From a virus: a stretch of 64,000 bases of DNA. Location of the stretch: the IMG/VR virus record IMGVR_UViG_3300029624_000178, positions 3,608 through 67,607 of that record; one strand, 5' to 3'. Made by a program: the position numbers and the translations under genes. Shown one piece after another: positions 9,741-19,245 of this stretch. Under the pieces are notes generated by a model. That model did not search any database, was not told the DNA's origin, and worked only from the letters and a program-made list of their open reading frames with translations. Within the stretch, counting starts at the first letter, position 1, and every line of letters begins with the position of its first letter.

Positions 9741-11634
9741 GAAAAAACTCATCGAAGTGGCCCTCCCTCTTGTCGCAATCAACAAGGCGTCGGTTCGAGA
9801 GGGCTATATCTATCGGGGGAATCCATCTGCGCTTCACAAGTGGTGGGCTCAGCGCCCGCTCGCCGCATCACGTGCAGTAATATTCGCACAGATGGTAGAT
9901 GACCCGTCATCGTACCCGGACCGGTTTCCAACAGACGATGAACAGGAAGCCGAGCGCGAAAGACTATTTCGCATTATCGAGCGGATTGTTGAATGGGAAA
10001 ACACCGGAAACAGGACGATCATCGACAGGGCGCGCAATGAGATACGGGAGTGTTGGAAGCGCGCATGCTCCGAGAACCAGGGTCATCCGCGCGCAGCGGA
10101 ATTGTATGATCCAGAAAGTCTACCCCCGTTCCATGATCCGTTCGCCGGTAGCGGCGCTATTCCTCTAGAAGCGCAGAGATTGGGGTTAACGAGCCGTGCC
10201 AGCGATCTGAATCCGGTTGCGGTGCTCATAAACAAAGCAACAATCGAGATCCCTCAAAAGTTTGCCGGGCGCCCTCCCGTTAACCCGGCTCGAGATCCGC
10301 ATATTCATTGGAACGGGGCCGAGGGGCTCGCCGACGATATCCGGTCTTATGGCCAATGGATACGCGACAGAGCAGAGCGGCTGATTGGGCATCTCTATCC
10401 CAAAGCGGTGATCACCGCTGAGATGGCGGCTGGGAGGCCGGAACTCGAGCAACACGTTGGTGAGCAATTCAATGTGATTTCTTGGATCTGGGCGCGGACC
10501 GTTCGAAGCCCGAACCCGGCATTCGCTGGTGTCGATGTACCCATCGTTTCCACGTTTATGCTCTCCACAAAATCGGGGAAAGAGGCATACGTCCACCCAA
10601 TTATCTCTGATAAAGAATATCGGTTTGTCGTTAAAAATGGTCGCCACACCGAAATGGAGCAGGCAAAGAGCGGCACTAGACTTGGTGGTGCCTTTCGCTG
10701 CATCATGTCGAAGGAGCCAATCCCTCTGGAGTATATCCGCACGGAGGCAAAGGCCGGCAGGATGGGCCAACGACTTTTAGCGGCGGTCGTAGAAGGCCCA
10801 AAAGGTCGATTCTATATCTCACCAACATATGAAATGGAGAGTGTTGCTTATAGTGCGGAGCCGATCGATCCACCCGACTCTGAACTTCCTGATAAGGCCT
10901 TGGGATTTCGCGTTCAAGCCTATGGAATGAAGCGGTGGAGAGACCTTTTTACATCCCGTCAATTGGTTGCTCTATCAACGTTTTCTGATCTTATCCGGGA
11001 AGCTACCTCTCGACTTCGATCTGATGCCGTGAATGCCGGGATGATTGACGATGATGTTCCCTTAAATAGCGGCGGCGTTGGGGCGAGAGCATACGCCGAA
11101 GCGGTCAGCATCTACTTAGCATTTGCACAGGATAAAACAGCAGAGTATGGCTGCACGATAGTACCTTGGTACACAAAAGAAGATCGACCCAAGGGACTTT
11201 TTGCTAGACACGCCATCCCAATGGTTTGGGATTTTGCCGAAGTTAATCCCCTATCCGATATTGGAGGTACGTTCTCAGCATCTGTGGGTATTGTTGCGGG
11301 CGCGCTATTAGGCTGCGCGGCTGAAGGGCAGCCTGCAACTGCAGTTCAGCTCGATGCCATACGAACAAATCTTGCGGCGGGAGCCGTAGTCTCACTTGAT
11401 CCACCATACTATGACAATATTGGTTATGCTGATTTATCGGATTTCTTTTACGTGTGGTTGAGGAGAACACTTCGTCAAGTATATCCCGATCTCTTTTCTA
11501 CGGTTGCGGTACCTAAGGCCGAAGAGCTGGTCGCGACCGCTTATCGACACGGCAGCAAAGAGCGCGCGGAAGCCTTTTTCCTAGAGGGAATGACGCAGGC
11601 CATGCATCGCTTGGCTGGGCGACTATATACTTGA
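9724..11634 (+). pseudogene. DUF1156-family adenine/amino DNA methyltransferase, N-terminal part (interrupted by IS1595 after 11617)
   Basis: KKLIEVALPL, LHKWWAQRPLAASRA, DPFAGSG, DPPYYDNIGYADLSDFFY; the frame runs into the IS left end and stops. Confidence 0.9.
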
Positions 11635-11641
11635 CGTACCA
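11618..11641 (+). repeat. IS1595 left terminal inverted repeat
   Basis: GGCGACTATATACTTGACGTACCA, preceded by TSD CTTGGCTG. Confidence 0.95.
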
Positions 11642-11678
11642 TCTCCCCAACCCCACATAAGGATCAAGGAGATGAGCG

Positions 11679-12608
11679 ATGTTGGACCTGACGAACCCGA
11701 TCTACACCGACGAGAACGCGGCCCGCGAGCACCTGGAGGCGCTGCACTGGCCTGACGGGCCCGTCTGCCCGCGCTGCAACGGCAAGCGCGTGACCAAGCT
11801 CGAAGGCAAGAGCACCCGCCCCGGCGTCCACAAGTGCAAGGACTGCCGAAAGCCGTTCACCGTGACGGTGGGCACCGTGTTCGAACGGTCCAAAATCCCG
11901 CTGACCAAGTGGCTGCTGGCAACGCAACTGCTGTGCTCTTCCAAGAAGGGCATGAGCGCGCACCAGCTACACCGCATGCTCGGCGTCACCTACAAGACCG
12001 CATGGTTCATGACCCACCGCATCCGCGAGGCGATGGTGGAAACCCATGAGCCCAATTCCGGGCTCGGTGGCGCTAACAAGGTTGTCGAAGCCGATGAGAC
12101 GTTCATCGGCGGCAAAGCCAGGAACCGTGCGTTCGCCCCGCCGCCCAAGAAGCACGCTGTCGTCGCTCTGGTGGAGCGCGAAGGCAAGGTGCGCTCAAAG
12201 CACGTCGCCAACGTAGACGCCCGCACCCTGCGGAACGTGCTGGTCACCAATATCGACCGCGCGTCCTACCTCATGACTGATGAGTCACCGATCTACCCGA
12301 AGACCGGCCGCGAGTTCGCGGGGCACGGCACGGTGAACCACAGCGCCGATGAGTATGTCCGCCTGGGTGGGTTCATGCACACCAACACCGCAGAAAACTA
12401 CTTTTCGATCCTCAAGCGCGGCATCAACGGTGTGTACCATCACGTCTCCGAAGCCCATTTGGCCCGGTACGTTGCCGAATTCGATTTCCGGTACAACAAT
12501 CGCGCCCAGCTCGGCGTGGGTGACGTTGAGCGCACCGCAGAAGCCATCAAAGGCGCCCGTGGGAAGCGTCTGACCTATCAACAGCCTCGTGAAGCCGCGA
12601 ACTCCTAA
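11679..12608 (+). CDS. tnp: IS1595-family DDE transposase
   Basis: Zn ribbon CPRC..CKDC, HTH (SAHQLHRMLGVTYKTAW), VEADET, LMTDE, HTNTAENYFSILKRG, GKRLTY; RBS AAGGAG. Confidence 0.96.
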   Translation: MLDLTNPIYTDENAAREHLEALHWPDGPVCPRCNGKRVTKLEGKSTRPGVHKCKDCRKPFTVTVGTVFERSKIPLTKWLLATQLLCSSKKGMSAHQLHRMLGVTYKTAWFMTHRIREAMVETHEPNSGLGGANKVVEADETFIGGKARNRAFAPPPKKHAVVALVEREGKVRSKHVANVDARTLRNVLVTNIDRASYLMTDESPIYPKTGREFAGHGTVNHSADEYVRLGGFMHTNTAENYFSILKRGINGVYHHVSEAHLARYVAEFDFRYNNRAQLGVGDVERTAEAIKGARGKRLTYQQPREAANS

Positions 12609-12891
12609 GCAGATTGCTCGAGCTTTCCTAAGGTGGCGGGCGAAGCCGTAGACTCCACGTTTCGATTGAGTGACAATTAGACCTGCGGGAGCAGCGGTCC
12701 CCAGACCACCATCGGGCCAACCGCCGCCCACCCGCAGACACCCCCTTGGTGGAGGGGGAACCCTGACACTCCCCGGTGCACCGGGAGCCAGTTGGGCCCG
12801 ATTGCCCCCAACGCCTGGGTTAAGCGTTGGACTGGAGCGCTGTCGCGTTCCCTCTAAGGGCTCGCGGCGCCGTGAGTCCGAGGGCCATACA

Positions 12892-12978
12892 ATGGCAATC
12901 GAACTCAGTACCCACCTGCACATTGATCTGGCTCAAACCCTATGGGTCTTGCTCTTGATCTACCTTACGTGCCGGTGA
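12892..12978 (+). CDS. 28-aa hydrophobic peptide (type I toxin-like), IS passenger
   Basis: MAIELSTHLHIDLAQTLWVLLLIYLTCR, GAGGG RBS, upstream hairpin and downstream UUCG hairpin. Confidence 0.4.
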   Translation: MAIELSTHLHIDLAQTLWVLLLIYLTCR

Positions 12979-13101
12979 CTTACCGGGGCCGTCCTTCGGG
13001 GCGGCCCCACCCTCGTCCTTGCTGTGTGGGCGGGGAGGCGTTCTCAGCATACGGCGAAGAACGTCGTCCCGGCGCGGCTGGTCCTGCTCTGAGGCTTCCA
13101 T
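12940..13101 (-). CDS. 53-aa small protein, IS passenger (below ORF-track cutoff)
   Basis: MEASEQDQPRRDDVLRRMLRTPPRPHSK..., GGGAG RBS 5 nt upstream; the R..L.RML.TPP.PH pattern resembles small ORFs recalled from IS1595 elements. Confidence 0.5.
   Translation of the reverse strand: MEASEQDQPRRDDVLRRMLRTPPRPHSKDEGGAAPKDGPGKSPARKVDQEQDP
12985..13008. terminator. Strong GC hairpin with UUCG tetraloop
   Basis: GGGGCCGTCC-TTCG-GGGCGGCCCC directly after the peptide stop; no U-tract. Confidence 0.55.
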
Positions 13102-13726
13102 GTCCACTCCCAACGAACTTGATGATTGGATGAAATCATACAGCTCTATGTTTTCACCTCAACACCTACATGCCATAGGCGTTGTGTCGATTTCGTATTC
13201 GATCTCCCTATTGGGAATACAGGAAATATTTCACTATTATATTGGCGCACGATACAAAATAGGGCAAATCATCACGTTTGACATGCCAGCGGGAAGCATA
13301 TGTGACAAAATTGAAAGCGTCTTAGAGATTCGCGAAGACAATAAATTGATAAAAGAGCACGTCTCCCACGCGTTAGAATGTTTTCGTTCAATGAAAACAA
13401 ACAGAAATATATTGTCTCATTTCATTCCGGACGGCAAAGAATTTAGCTGGATAGCCCGGCGACCAGATCGGGGCTCGCGTCCACGCGTTCAGATATTTAA
13501 CTCAGATTTGAATTCTTTAAGGAGCATCGCAGATCAGTCATTTGAATGTTCAAACTACATACTCTCTGTTGGGCATTTGGTATTCCAGCACGTAATTATG
13601 AGCATGACTCCTGAAGATGACGCAATCTCATCGCTTTATAAACCTCCGATACCAAATGAACTACAGAGGCGCCCGGGCAAAGAAGCGACACAACTTCATC
13701 CCCCGCCTCAATCATCTCAGGCGTGA
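13100..13726 (+). CDS. Hypothetical AT-rich IS passenger protein (~208 aa)
   Basis: Long ORF in a visibly AT-rich stretch; contains RNILSH (Rx4H, HEPN-like); start chosen at ATG 13100 behind GAGG. Confidence 0.65.
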   Translation: MSTPNELDDWMKSYSSMFSPQHLHAIGVVSISYSISLLGIQEIFHYYIGARYKIGQIITFDMPAGSICDKIESVLEIREDNKLIKEHVSHALECFRSMKTNRNILSHFIPDGKEFSWIARRPDRGSRPRVQIFNSDLNSLRSIADQSFECSNYILSVGHLVFQHVIMSMTPEDDAISSLYKPPIPNELQRRPGKEATQLHPPPQSSQA

Positions 13727-13769
13727 CCACGATCTCTTCCGCCTTGTCTGTGTCGGTGGGGGCTGACAT
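13596..13769 (-). CDS. 57-aa small protein antisense to the 3' end of the passenger gene
   Basis: MSAPTDTDKAEEIVVTPEMIEAG..VSEVYKAM.., starts just inside the right IR. Confidence 0.4.
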   Translation of the reverse strand: MSAPTDTDKAEEIVVTPEMIEAGDEVVSLLCPGASVVHLVSEVYKAMRLRHLQESCS

Positions 13770-13785
13770 GGCTGCGAATCACCCT

Positions 13786-13809
13786 TGGTACGTCAAGTAT
13801 ACTATCGCC
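13786..13809 (-). repeat. IS1595 right terminal inverted repeat
   Basis: TGGTACGTCAAGTATACTATCGCC followed by TSD CTTGGCTG. Confidence 0.95.
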
Positions 13810-13810
13810 C

Positions 13811-14800
13811 TTGGCTGAGCAAGCACATCCAGAGTTCCCGGTCACAATCTACTATGCGTTCAAGCAGTCAGAAACCGATAGCAAAGGAGACGTCGCTAGT
13901 ACTGGGTGGGAGACATTTCTAGATGCTGTGATCCGTGCAGGCTTTGCGATCACAGGTACTTGGCCTATGCGGACAGAACGCGGCTCGCGTTCAATTGGAC
14001 TTGGTACGAACGCGCTGGCCTCCAGCATCGTATTGGTTTGTAGACCTCGCCCTCCTGAGGCGCTGCAGATTTCCAGCAGCCAGTTCCGAAACGAACTTAA
14101 GCGATCACTCCCCTCAGCACTTCGGCATTTGCAGCAAGGCAATATCGCACCGGTGGACCTTGCACAGGCAGCGATTGGACCCGGCATGGCAGTTTTCTCC
14201 CGATACCGAGGAATCTTGGAACCTGGCGGCACGGCGATGTCGGTGCGAACGGCACTCGGGATCATTAACCAGGCGCTTAGCGAAGTACTGAGCGAGATGG
14301 AAGATGACTTTGACGCAGATACCCGGTGGGCCATCTCATGGTTTGAGCAAAACGGATTCAGTGCCGGTGGCTACGGCGACGCGGAGCTTCTGAGCAAGGC
14401 GAAGGTGACTGCCGTTTCGGGATTGGTCCAGGCCGGTATTGTAGATTCGAAGGGCGGAAGGGTTCGCCTCCTGACTCCGGCCGAGCTTCCCGCCAATTGG
14501 GATCCGGCGAGCGACAAGCGGCTCACGGTTTGGGAGATGACCCACCAGCTGCTGCGCCTTTATCACTTCGAGAAGGCCGGCGATGAGTCGACCGCGGCTC
14601 TGTTGAGAAAGCTCGGCAGTCAGGGCGATATTGCGCGAGAGTTAGCCTATCGCCTCTACAATATTTGCGAACGAAAGAAGTGGGCCCAAGAGGCGCAGGG
14701 CTACAACGCTCTCGTGCTTGGCTGGCCGGAAATCGCGCGGCTTGCCCGCGAAACGCCCGGGACGGGTCCGCAGACGCCTTCCCAAGGTAACTTGATCTAA
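13811..14800 (+). pseudogene. DUF1156 methyltransferase, C-terminal part
   Basis: Removing the IS and one TSD gives in-frame ..HRLA|EQAHPEFPVTIYYAFKQSE.. (958 aa in total); TGWETFL, TWPMRTE, NALASSIVLVCR motifs. Confidence 0.9.
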
Positions 14801-14814
14801 GAGGGGCAAGCACC

Positions 14815-17800
14815 ATGGCGGTCACCAATCACGAACGCGTCGGCAATGCCCTCGACTTGCTCCGTGCCGGTCTAGGCCCATTCGTCGAGCGCGAGATCAA
14901 GGCCTCAATGAAGGACGGTGTTAGCGTGCCCGCTCTTCAGGCGCTCGCCAGCGACGCTTTGATCAAGGACAAGCCCATTACGGACTGGGATGCGGCTCTG
15001 CTGCTGAAGGTGATGTGGGAGTCCTGGAACGAGGTCTTCCGCAAGACGCTTGGGCCCGCCGAGCGGGGCCTCGTGGGGGAACTGCGCGGACACCGCAACA
15101 AGTGGGCGCACCAGGAGCCATTCACCAGCGATGACGCTTATCGAGCGCTCGACAGCGCTGGGCGCCTTCTGACTGCCGTATCGGCGCCGCAGTCGCGCGA
15201 CCTAGAGCGCATTAAGATGGAGCTGCTTCGTGTGCGCTTCGACGAACAGGCGCGGAACGAAAAGCGGAAAGCGGCCGGCACCGCAATCGAAAGCCAGGCG
15301 ACCGGTGCACTAAAGCCATGGCGCGAGGTCGTCAGCCCCCACCGTGACGTGGCGAGCGGGCGCTACCAGCAGGCGGAGTTCGCCGCCGACCTCTGGCAGG
15401 TCCACGTCGGCGAGGGTGTGGACGAGTACAAGAAGCCCGTGGAGTTCTTCCGCCGGACGTTCCTCACCGATAGTCTGAAACAGCTGTTGGTCGGCGCTGT
15501 ACGCCGTCTCTCATCCGATGGCGGCGATCCCGTCATCCAGCTCCAGACCAACTTCGGCGGCGGCAAGACCCACTCGATGCTGGCGCTGTACCATCTGTTC
15601 TCCGGTAGCACGCCGAGCGATCTCATGGGCGTAGAGGGCGTTATGAAGGAGGTCGGCGTCGACGAGCTACCGTCGGTGAAGCGTGTCGTCCTCGTCGGCA
15701 ACAAGATCTCGCCGGGCAACCCTGTGAAGAAGGACGACGGGACGCTCGTCCACACGCTTTGGGGGGAGCTCGCGTGGCAGCTCGGGGGGCGGGCAGCCTA
15801 TGACCGGGTTCGTGCCGATGACGAGAAGGCCACTAGCCCCGGCGACGTCCTCCGCGACCTCTTCAACGAGTACGGCCCTGTTCTGATCCTCATCGATGAA
15901 TGGGTCGCCTATGCACGGCAGCTGCATGAACAGAGCGTGTTACCGGCCGGCAGCTTTGAAACGCATTTCACATTTGCTCAGGCGCTCACGGAATCCGCGA
16001 AGCTGGCGAAGCATTGCCTGCTAGTCGTGAGCTTGCCGGCATCGGACACGGGTGGGTCGCCTCACACGCAGGCCGACGATGTTGAGGTGGGCGGAAGGCG
16101 AGGCCGTGAAGCACTTGATCGTCTTCGCAACGCCATCGGCCGGGTGGAATCGTCATGGCGCCCTGCCAGCGCCGAGGAAGGCTTCGAGATTGTCCGCCGG
16201 CGTCTGTTCGAACCGCTCGTCGAACAGTCTCAGTTTGTCGCCCGTGACACCGTGGCCAAAGCCTATTTCGACCTCTATCGCAGTCAGCATCAGGAGTTTC
16301 CGCCCGAATGTCGGGACTCCGAGTACGAGGGGCGCCTCAAGGCCGCCTATCCCATCCACCCTGAGGTGTTCGATCGCCTCTACACCGAGTGGTCGACCCT
16401 GGTGAAATTCCAGCGGACGCGCGGTGTCCTGCGCCTCATGGCGGCCGTGATCCATAGCCTGTGGGAGAAAGGCGACCGCAACCCGCTCATCCAACCAGCC
16501 AACATCCCGATCGACGACCCCCGCGTCCAGTTCGAGCTCACGCGCTACCTTTCCGACAATTGGACGCCGATCATCGAGAAGGATGTGGACGGGCCCAACT
16601 CATTGCCACTCCGGATCGATGGCGAGGTGCCGAATCTTGGGAAGTTCTCCGCATGCCGGCGGACCGCCAGGACAATCTATCTCGGCTCGGCGCCGGGCTC
16701 GACCGTGTCGAACCGAGGCCTCGAAGATCGACGGATCAAGCTGGGTTGTGTGATGCCATCGGAGTCCCCAGCGATCTTCGGCGACGCGCTTCGCCGGCTT
16801 AGCGGCGCCGCGACTTATCTGTACCAGGACGGCGCTCGATACTGGTATTCGACACAGCCAACCGTCACCAAGTTGGCGGAGGATCGGACGGATCAGCTGA
16901 AGTCCGATCCCGACCGGATCAACCGGGAGCTTGACGCTCGCCTGCGAGCCGATCTGCGCAAGCAGGGGGACTTTACGAAGATCCATGCGCTGCCCCAGTC
17001 GGGGCAGGATGTCCCCGACGATTTCGATGCGCGCCTCGTCGTCCTGGGAGCAGACTATCCTCACAGCCGGGATGCCAGCAGCGCAGCGGAAGCGGCGGCG
17101 AAAGCCATACTCGAGACACGTGGGAGTGCACCGCGGCTTTACAGGAACACGCTGGTATTTCTGGCTGCGGACAAGACACGCCTCCAGGATCTCGATGAGG
17201 CGATCCGTCGATATCTCGCCTGGGAGTCGATCCTCGACGAAAAGAACGAGCTGGATCTGACACCCCATCAGGTACGCCAGGCAGAAACGCAGAGGGGCAG
17301 TGCAGATAGTGCTGTCAACGCACGCCTACCGGAGGCGTACCAATGGCTGCTCGTGCCCAATCAGCCGACGCCACAGTCACCGATCGAGTGGCAGAGCTTC
17401 CGTCTCAGCGGCCAGGAGCCCCTAGCCGCCCGAGCAAGCCGCAAGCTCAGGAACGACGAATTGCTGATTACCGGCCTTGCGGCCACACGACTCCGTCTCG
17501 AACTTGATCAGGTCCCCCTTTGGCGTGGCGATCACGTCGCCGTCAAGCAGCTTGTCGAGGATTTCGCCCGGTATCTTTATCTTCCGCGCCTCCGCGATAC
17601 GGCCGTGCTGCTCGACGCCATTCGCGAGGGGTTGGGTCTGCTTACCTGGGGAAAGGATTCGTTCGCCTACGCCGAAAGCTACGACGAGTCGGGTTCGAGA
17701 TATCGGGGTCTCCGCTGCGGACAGATGGTCTCTCTCTCGCCGGACAATCTTGTCGGACTACTCGTGAAACCCGAACCGGCACTGAAGCAACAGGAAGTCG

Positions 17801-18162
17801 AGACGCCGCGGCCGGCATCGGGAGGTACTGCAACGGGGGCCACTCCCACCGGCGCACCTGGGGAAACGCCGACAGGGTCAGGCACCGAAGGTACGCCTGC
17901 CGACGGAGAACCACCCAAACAGACGCAGCCAAAGCGTTTCCATGGTTCGGTCACGCTCGATGCCGCGCGCGTGGGCCGGGACGCAAGCCGCGTCGCTGAC
18001 GAGGTGATCTCTCACCTTTCCGGCCTCATGGGCGCAAAGGTTCGCGTGACCTTGGAAATCGAAGCGGAGATTCCGGATGGCGCACCCGATCAAGTTGTGC
18101 GGACGGTGACGGAAAATAGTCGAACGCTGAAATTCAACAATCAGGGTTTCGAACAGGATTGA
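14815..18162 (+). CDS. DUF499 AAA+ ATPase with N-terminal Swt1/HEPN-like domain
   Basis: RNKWAH (Rx4H) in the N-terminal domain; EFAADL, LQTNFGGGKTH Walker A, LILIDE Walker B, YPIHPE, FQRTRGVLR. Confidence 0.92.
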   Translation: MAVTNHERVGNALDLLRAGLGPFVEREIKASMKDGVSVPALQALASDALIKDKPITDWDAALLLKVMWESWNEVFRKTLGPAERGLVGELRGHRNKWAHQEPFTSDDAYRALDSAGRLLTAVSAPQSRDLERIKMELLRVRFDEQARNEKRKAAGTAIESQATGALKPWREVVSPHRDVASGRYQQAEFAADLWQVHVGEGVDEYKKPVEFFRRTFLTDSLKQLLVGAVRRLSSDGGDPVIQLQTNFGGGKTHSMLALYHLFSGSTPSDLMGVEGVMKEVGVDELPSVKRVVLVGNKISPGNPVKKDDGTLVHTLWGELAWQLGGRAAYDRVRADDEKATSPGDVLRDLFNEYGPVLILIDEWVAYARQLHEQSVLPAGSFETHFTFAQALTESAKLAKHCLLVVSLPASDTGGSPHTQADDVEVGGRRGREALDRLRNAIGRVESSWRPASAEEGFEIVRRRLFEPLVEQSQFVARDTVAKAYFDLYRSQHQEFPPECRDSEYEGRLKAAYPIHPEVFDRLYTEWSTLVKFQRTRGVLRLMAAVIHSLWEKGDRNPLIQPANIPIDDPRVQFELTRYLSDNWTPIIEKDVDGPNSLPLRIDGEVPNLGKFSACRRTARTIYLGSAPGSTVSNRGLEDRRIKLGCVMPSESPAIFGDALRRLSGAATYLYQDGARYWYSTQPTVTKLAEDRTDQLKSDPDRINRELDARLRADLRKQGDFTKIHALPQSGQDVPDDFDARLVVLGADYPHSRDASSAAEAAAKAILETRGSAPRLYRNTLVFLAADKTRLQDLDEAIRRYLAWESILDEKNELDLTPHQVRQAETQRGSADSAVNARLPEAYQWLLVPNQPTPQSPIEWQSFRLSGQEPLAARASRKLRNDELLITGLAATRLRLELDQVPLWRGDHVAVKQLVEDFARYLYLPRLRDTAVLLDAIREGLGLLTWGKDSFAYAESYDESGSRYRGLRCGQMVSLSPDNLVGLLVKPEPALKQQEVETPRPASGGTATGATPTGAPGETPTGSGTEGTPADGEPPKQTQPKRFHGSVTLDAARVGRDASRVADEVISHLSGLMGAKVRVTLEIEAEIPDGAPDQVVRTVTENSRTLKFNNQGFEQD

Positions 18163-18225
18163 AATAGCGCCAAGTCCAGCTAGCGCGCATGGCTGGCAGA
18201 ATGGTGAACGGGGAGACAACAATTT

Positions 18226-18966
18226 TTGTGTCTGAGGCTAACATACGCTGAGGCGCTGCTTTGGAAACAGCATGCCAGCAAGCTCGTTGCTGACGCGAAG
18301 GCGAAATCAGTCACAATTCCTTGCGATCCGCTGTTTGGCTCTAACCCACGCCTTTCCTCCCTCGTATCCGAGGTTGACGGGATCAAGAAACGTCACGGTC
18401 TTCTTATCGAGCGCGCTTTGATATTTGCCATCAACAAGTTGCCACATTGGCAGGCCGCGAAAGAGCAGGTCCCGATTCCAGGCGGCAAAGCGCACCTCGA
18501 CTGTCTCGCGTTCAATTCCAAATCAGGAAAGCTCTTTGTTTTCGAGTGCAAACGCGGTCACGGAAGCTTCGATGGAGACAAGATTCGAGCTATCGACCGA
18601 CGCCTCACCAACATCAAGGCGTCCATCGGGCCGCACGTGACGCTAAAAGGCTGGAAGCCGTCTTCGACGAGCGTGTTCATCCTGAGCTTCTATGGCGCGA
18701 CATGGAAGTCCGCGTATCCGATCTATGATAAGCACAGCGTCGCAACCTTGTTTGAGCCATGCATCGGGCGCTTCGTGACGGAGTACATGGACCATTTAGA
18801 GAATGCGACTGCGAGGGCCTACAGTTCTGAGCTTCGTGACCCAGTCGCAGTTCCCCTCGGAAAAAGTATCTTCGATTCAATTGACGATGCTCGCCAGCAT
18901 CCTCGGCCTGACGTCCTATTCACCGAAGATGTCGTCGATTTCGTGGACGTCCAGAACGACGCCTAG
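18226..18966 (+). CDS. Hypothetical protein, possible PD-(D/E)XK nuclease
   Basis: E..HLDCLAF..LFVFECKRG pattern; last gene of the + strand operon, converging on the lysis genes. Confidence 0.6.
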   Translation: MCLRLTYAEALLWKQHASKLVADAKAKSVTIPCDPLFGSNPRLSSLVSEVDGIKKRHGLLIERALIFAINKLPHWQAAKEQVPIPGGKAHLDCLAFNSKSGKLFVFECKRGHGSFDGDKIRAIDRRLTNIKASIGPHVTLKGWKPSSTSVFILSFYGATWKSAYPIYDKHSVATLFEPCIGRFVTEYMDHLENATARAYSSELRDPVAVPLGKSIFDSIDDARQHPRPDVLFTEDVVDFVDVQNDA

Positions 18967-18990
18967 GCTGCCTTGGCGCGCGGCTAACCA

Positions 18991-19245
18991 TCATCGTGTA
19001 CACGCCCGAGCCTGCTCGCGCATCATGGCATAGTCGCTCAGCATCTCGGCCATCGCCGATTCCTCCGGGAGAAGATCAAGCTCGTCGGCCGCGCGGGCCT
19101 GGAACTCGCGGCTGTACTCCACCACGGGCGGACAGACGGTGATGACGCGCGGCTTAGAACCGCCCGTCGCGCAGGCGGTCAGCGAGATCGTCACGATCGC
19201 GAGGGCGGCGAGCCGCCGCGTCGAGCATCCGGCGTTGAACTTCAT
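18991..19245 (-). CDS. Lipoprotein, o-spanin (Rz1)-like
   Basis: Signal peptide with lipobox LTAC, CPP motif; overlaps the upstream gene in another frame. Confidence 0.65.
   Translation of the reverse strand: MKFNAGCSTRRLAALAIVTISLTACATGGSKPRVITVCPPVVEYSREFQARAADELDLLPEESAMAEMLSDYAMMREQARACTR

Larger units (their letters stand above)
11618..13809 (+). mobile_element. IS1595-family insertion sequence with passenger genes (2192 bp)
   Basis: 24-bp terminal inverted repeats (21/24 identical, GGCGA..TATACTTGACGTACCA) and 8-bp target duplication CTTGGCTG at 11610-11617 and 13810-13817. Confidence 0.96.

Noticed and set aside
12670-12978. 102-aa Pro/Gly-rich ORF in the IS
   Set aside because: Low-complexity N-terminal part with no RBS; only the last 28 codons have an RBS and protein-like composition.
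1930-18162. Calling the operon DISARM or canonical BREX
   Set aside because: No DrmA/DrmB/DrmC and no PglZ/BrxL recognised; DUF499 + DUF1156 indicate a different, related system.
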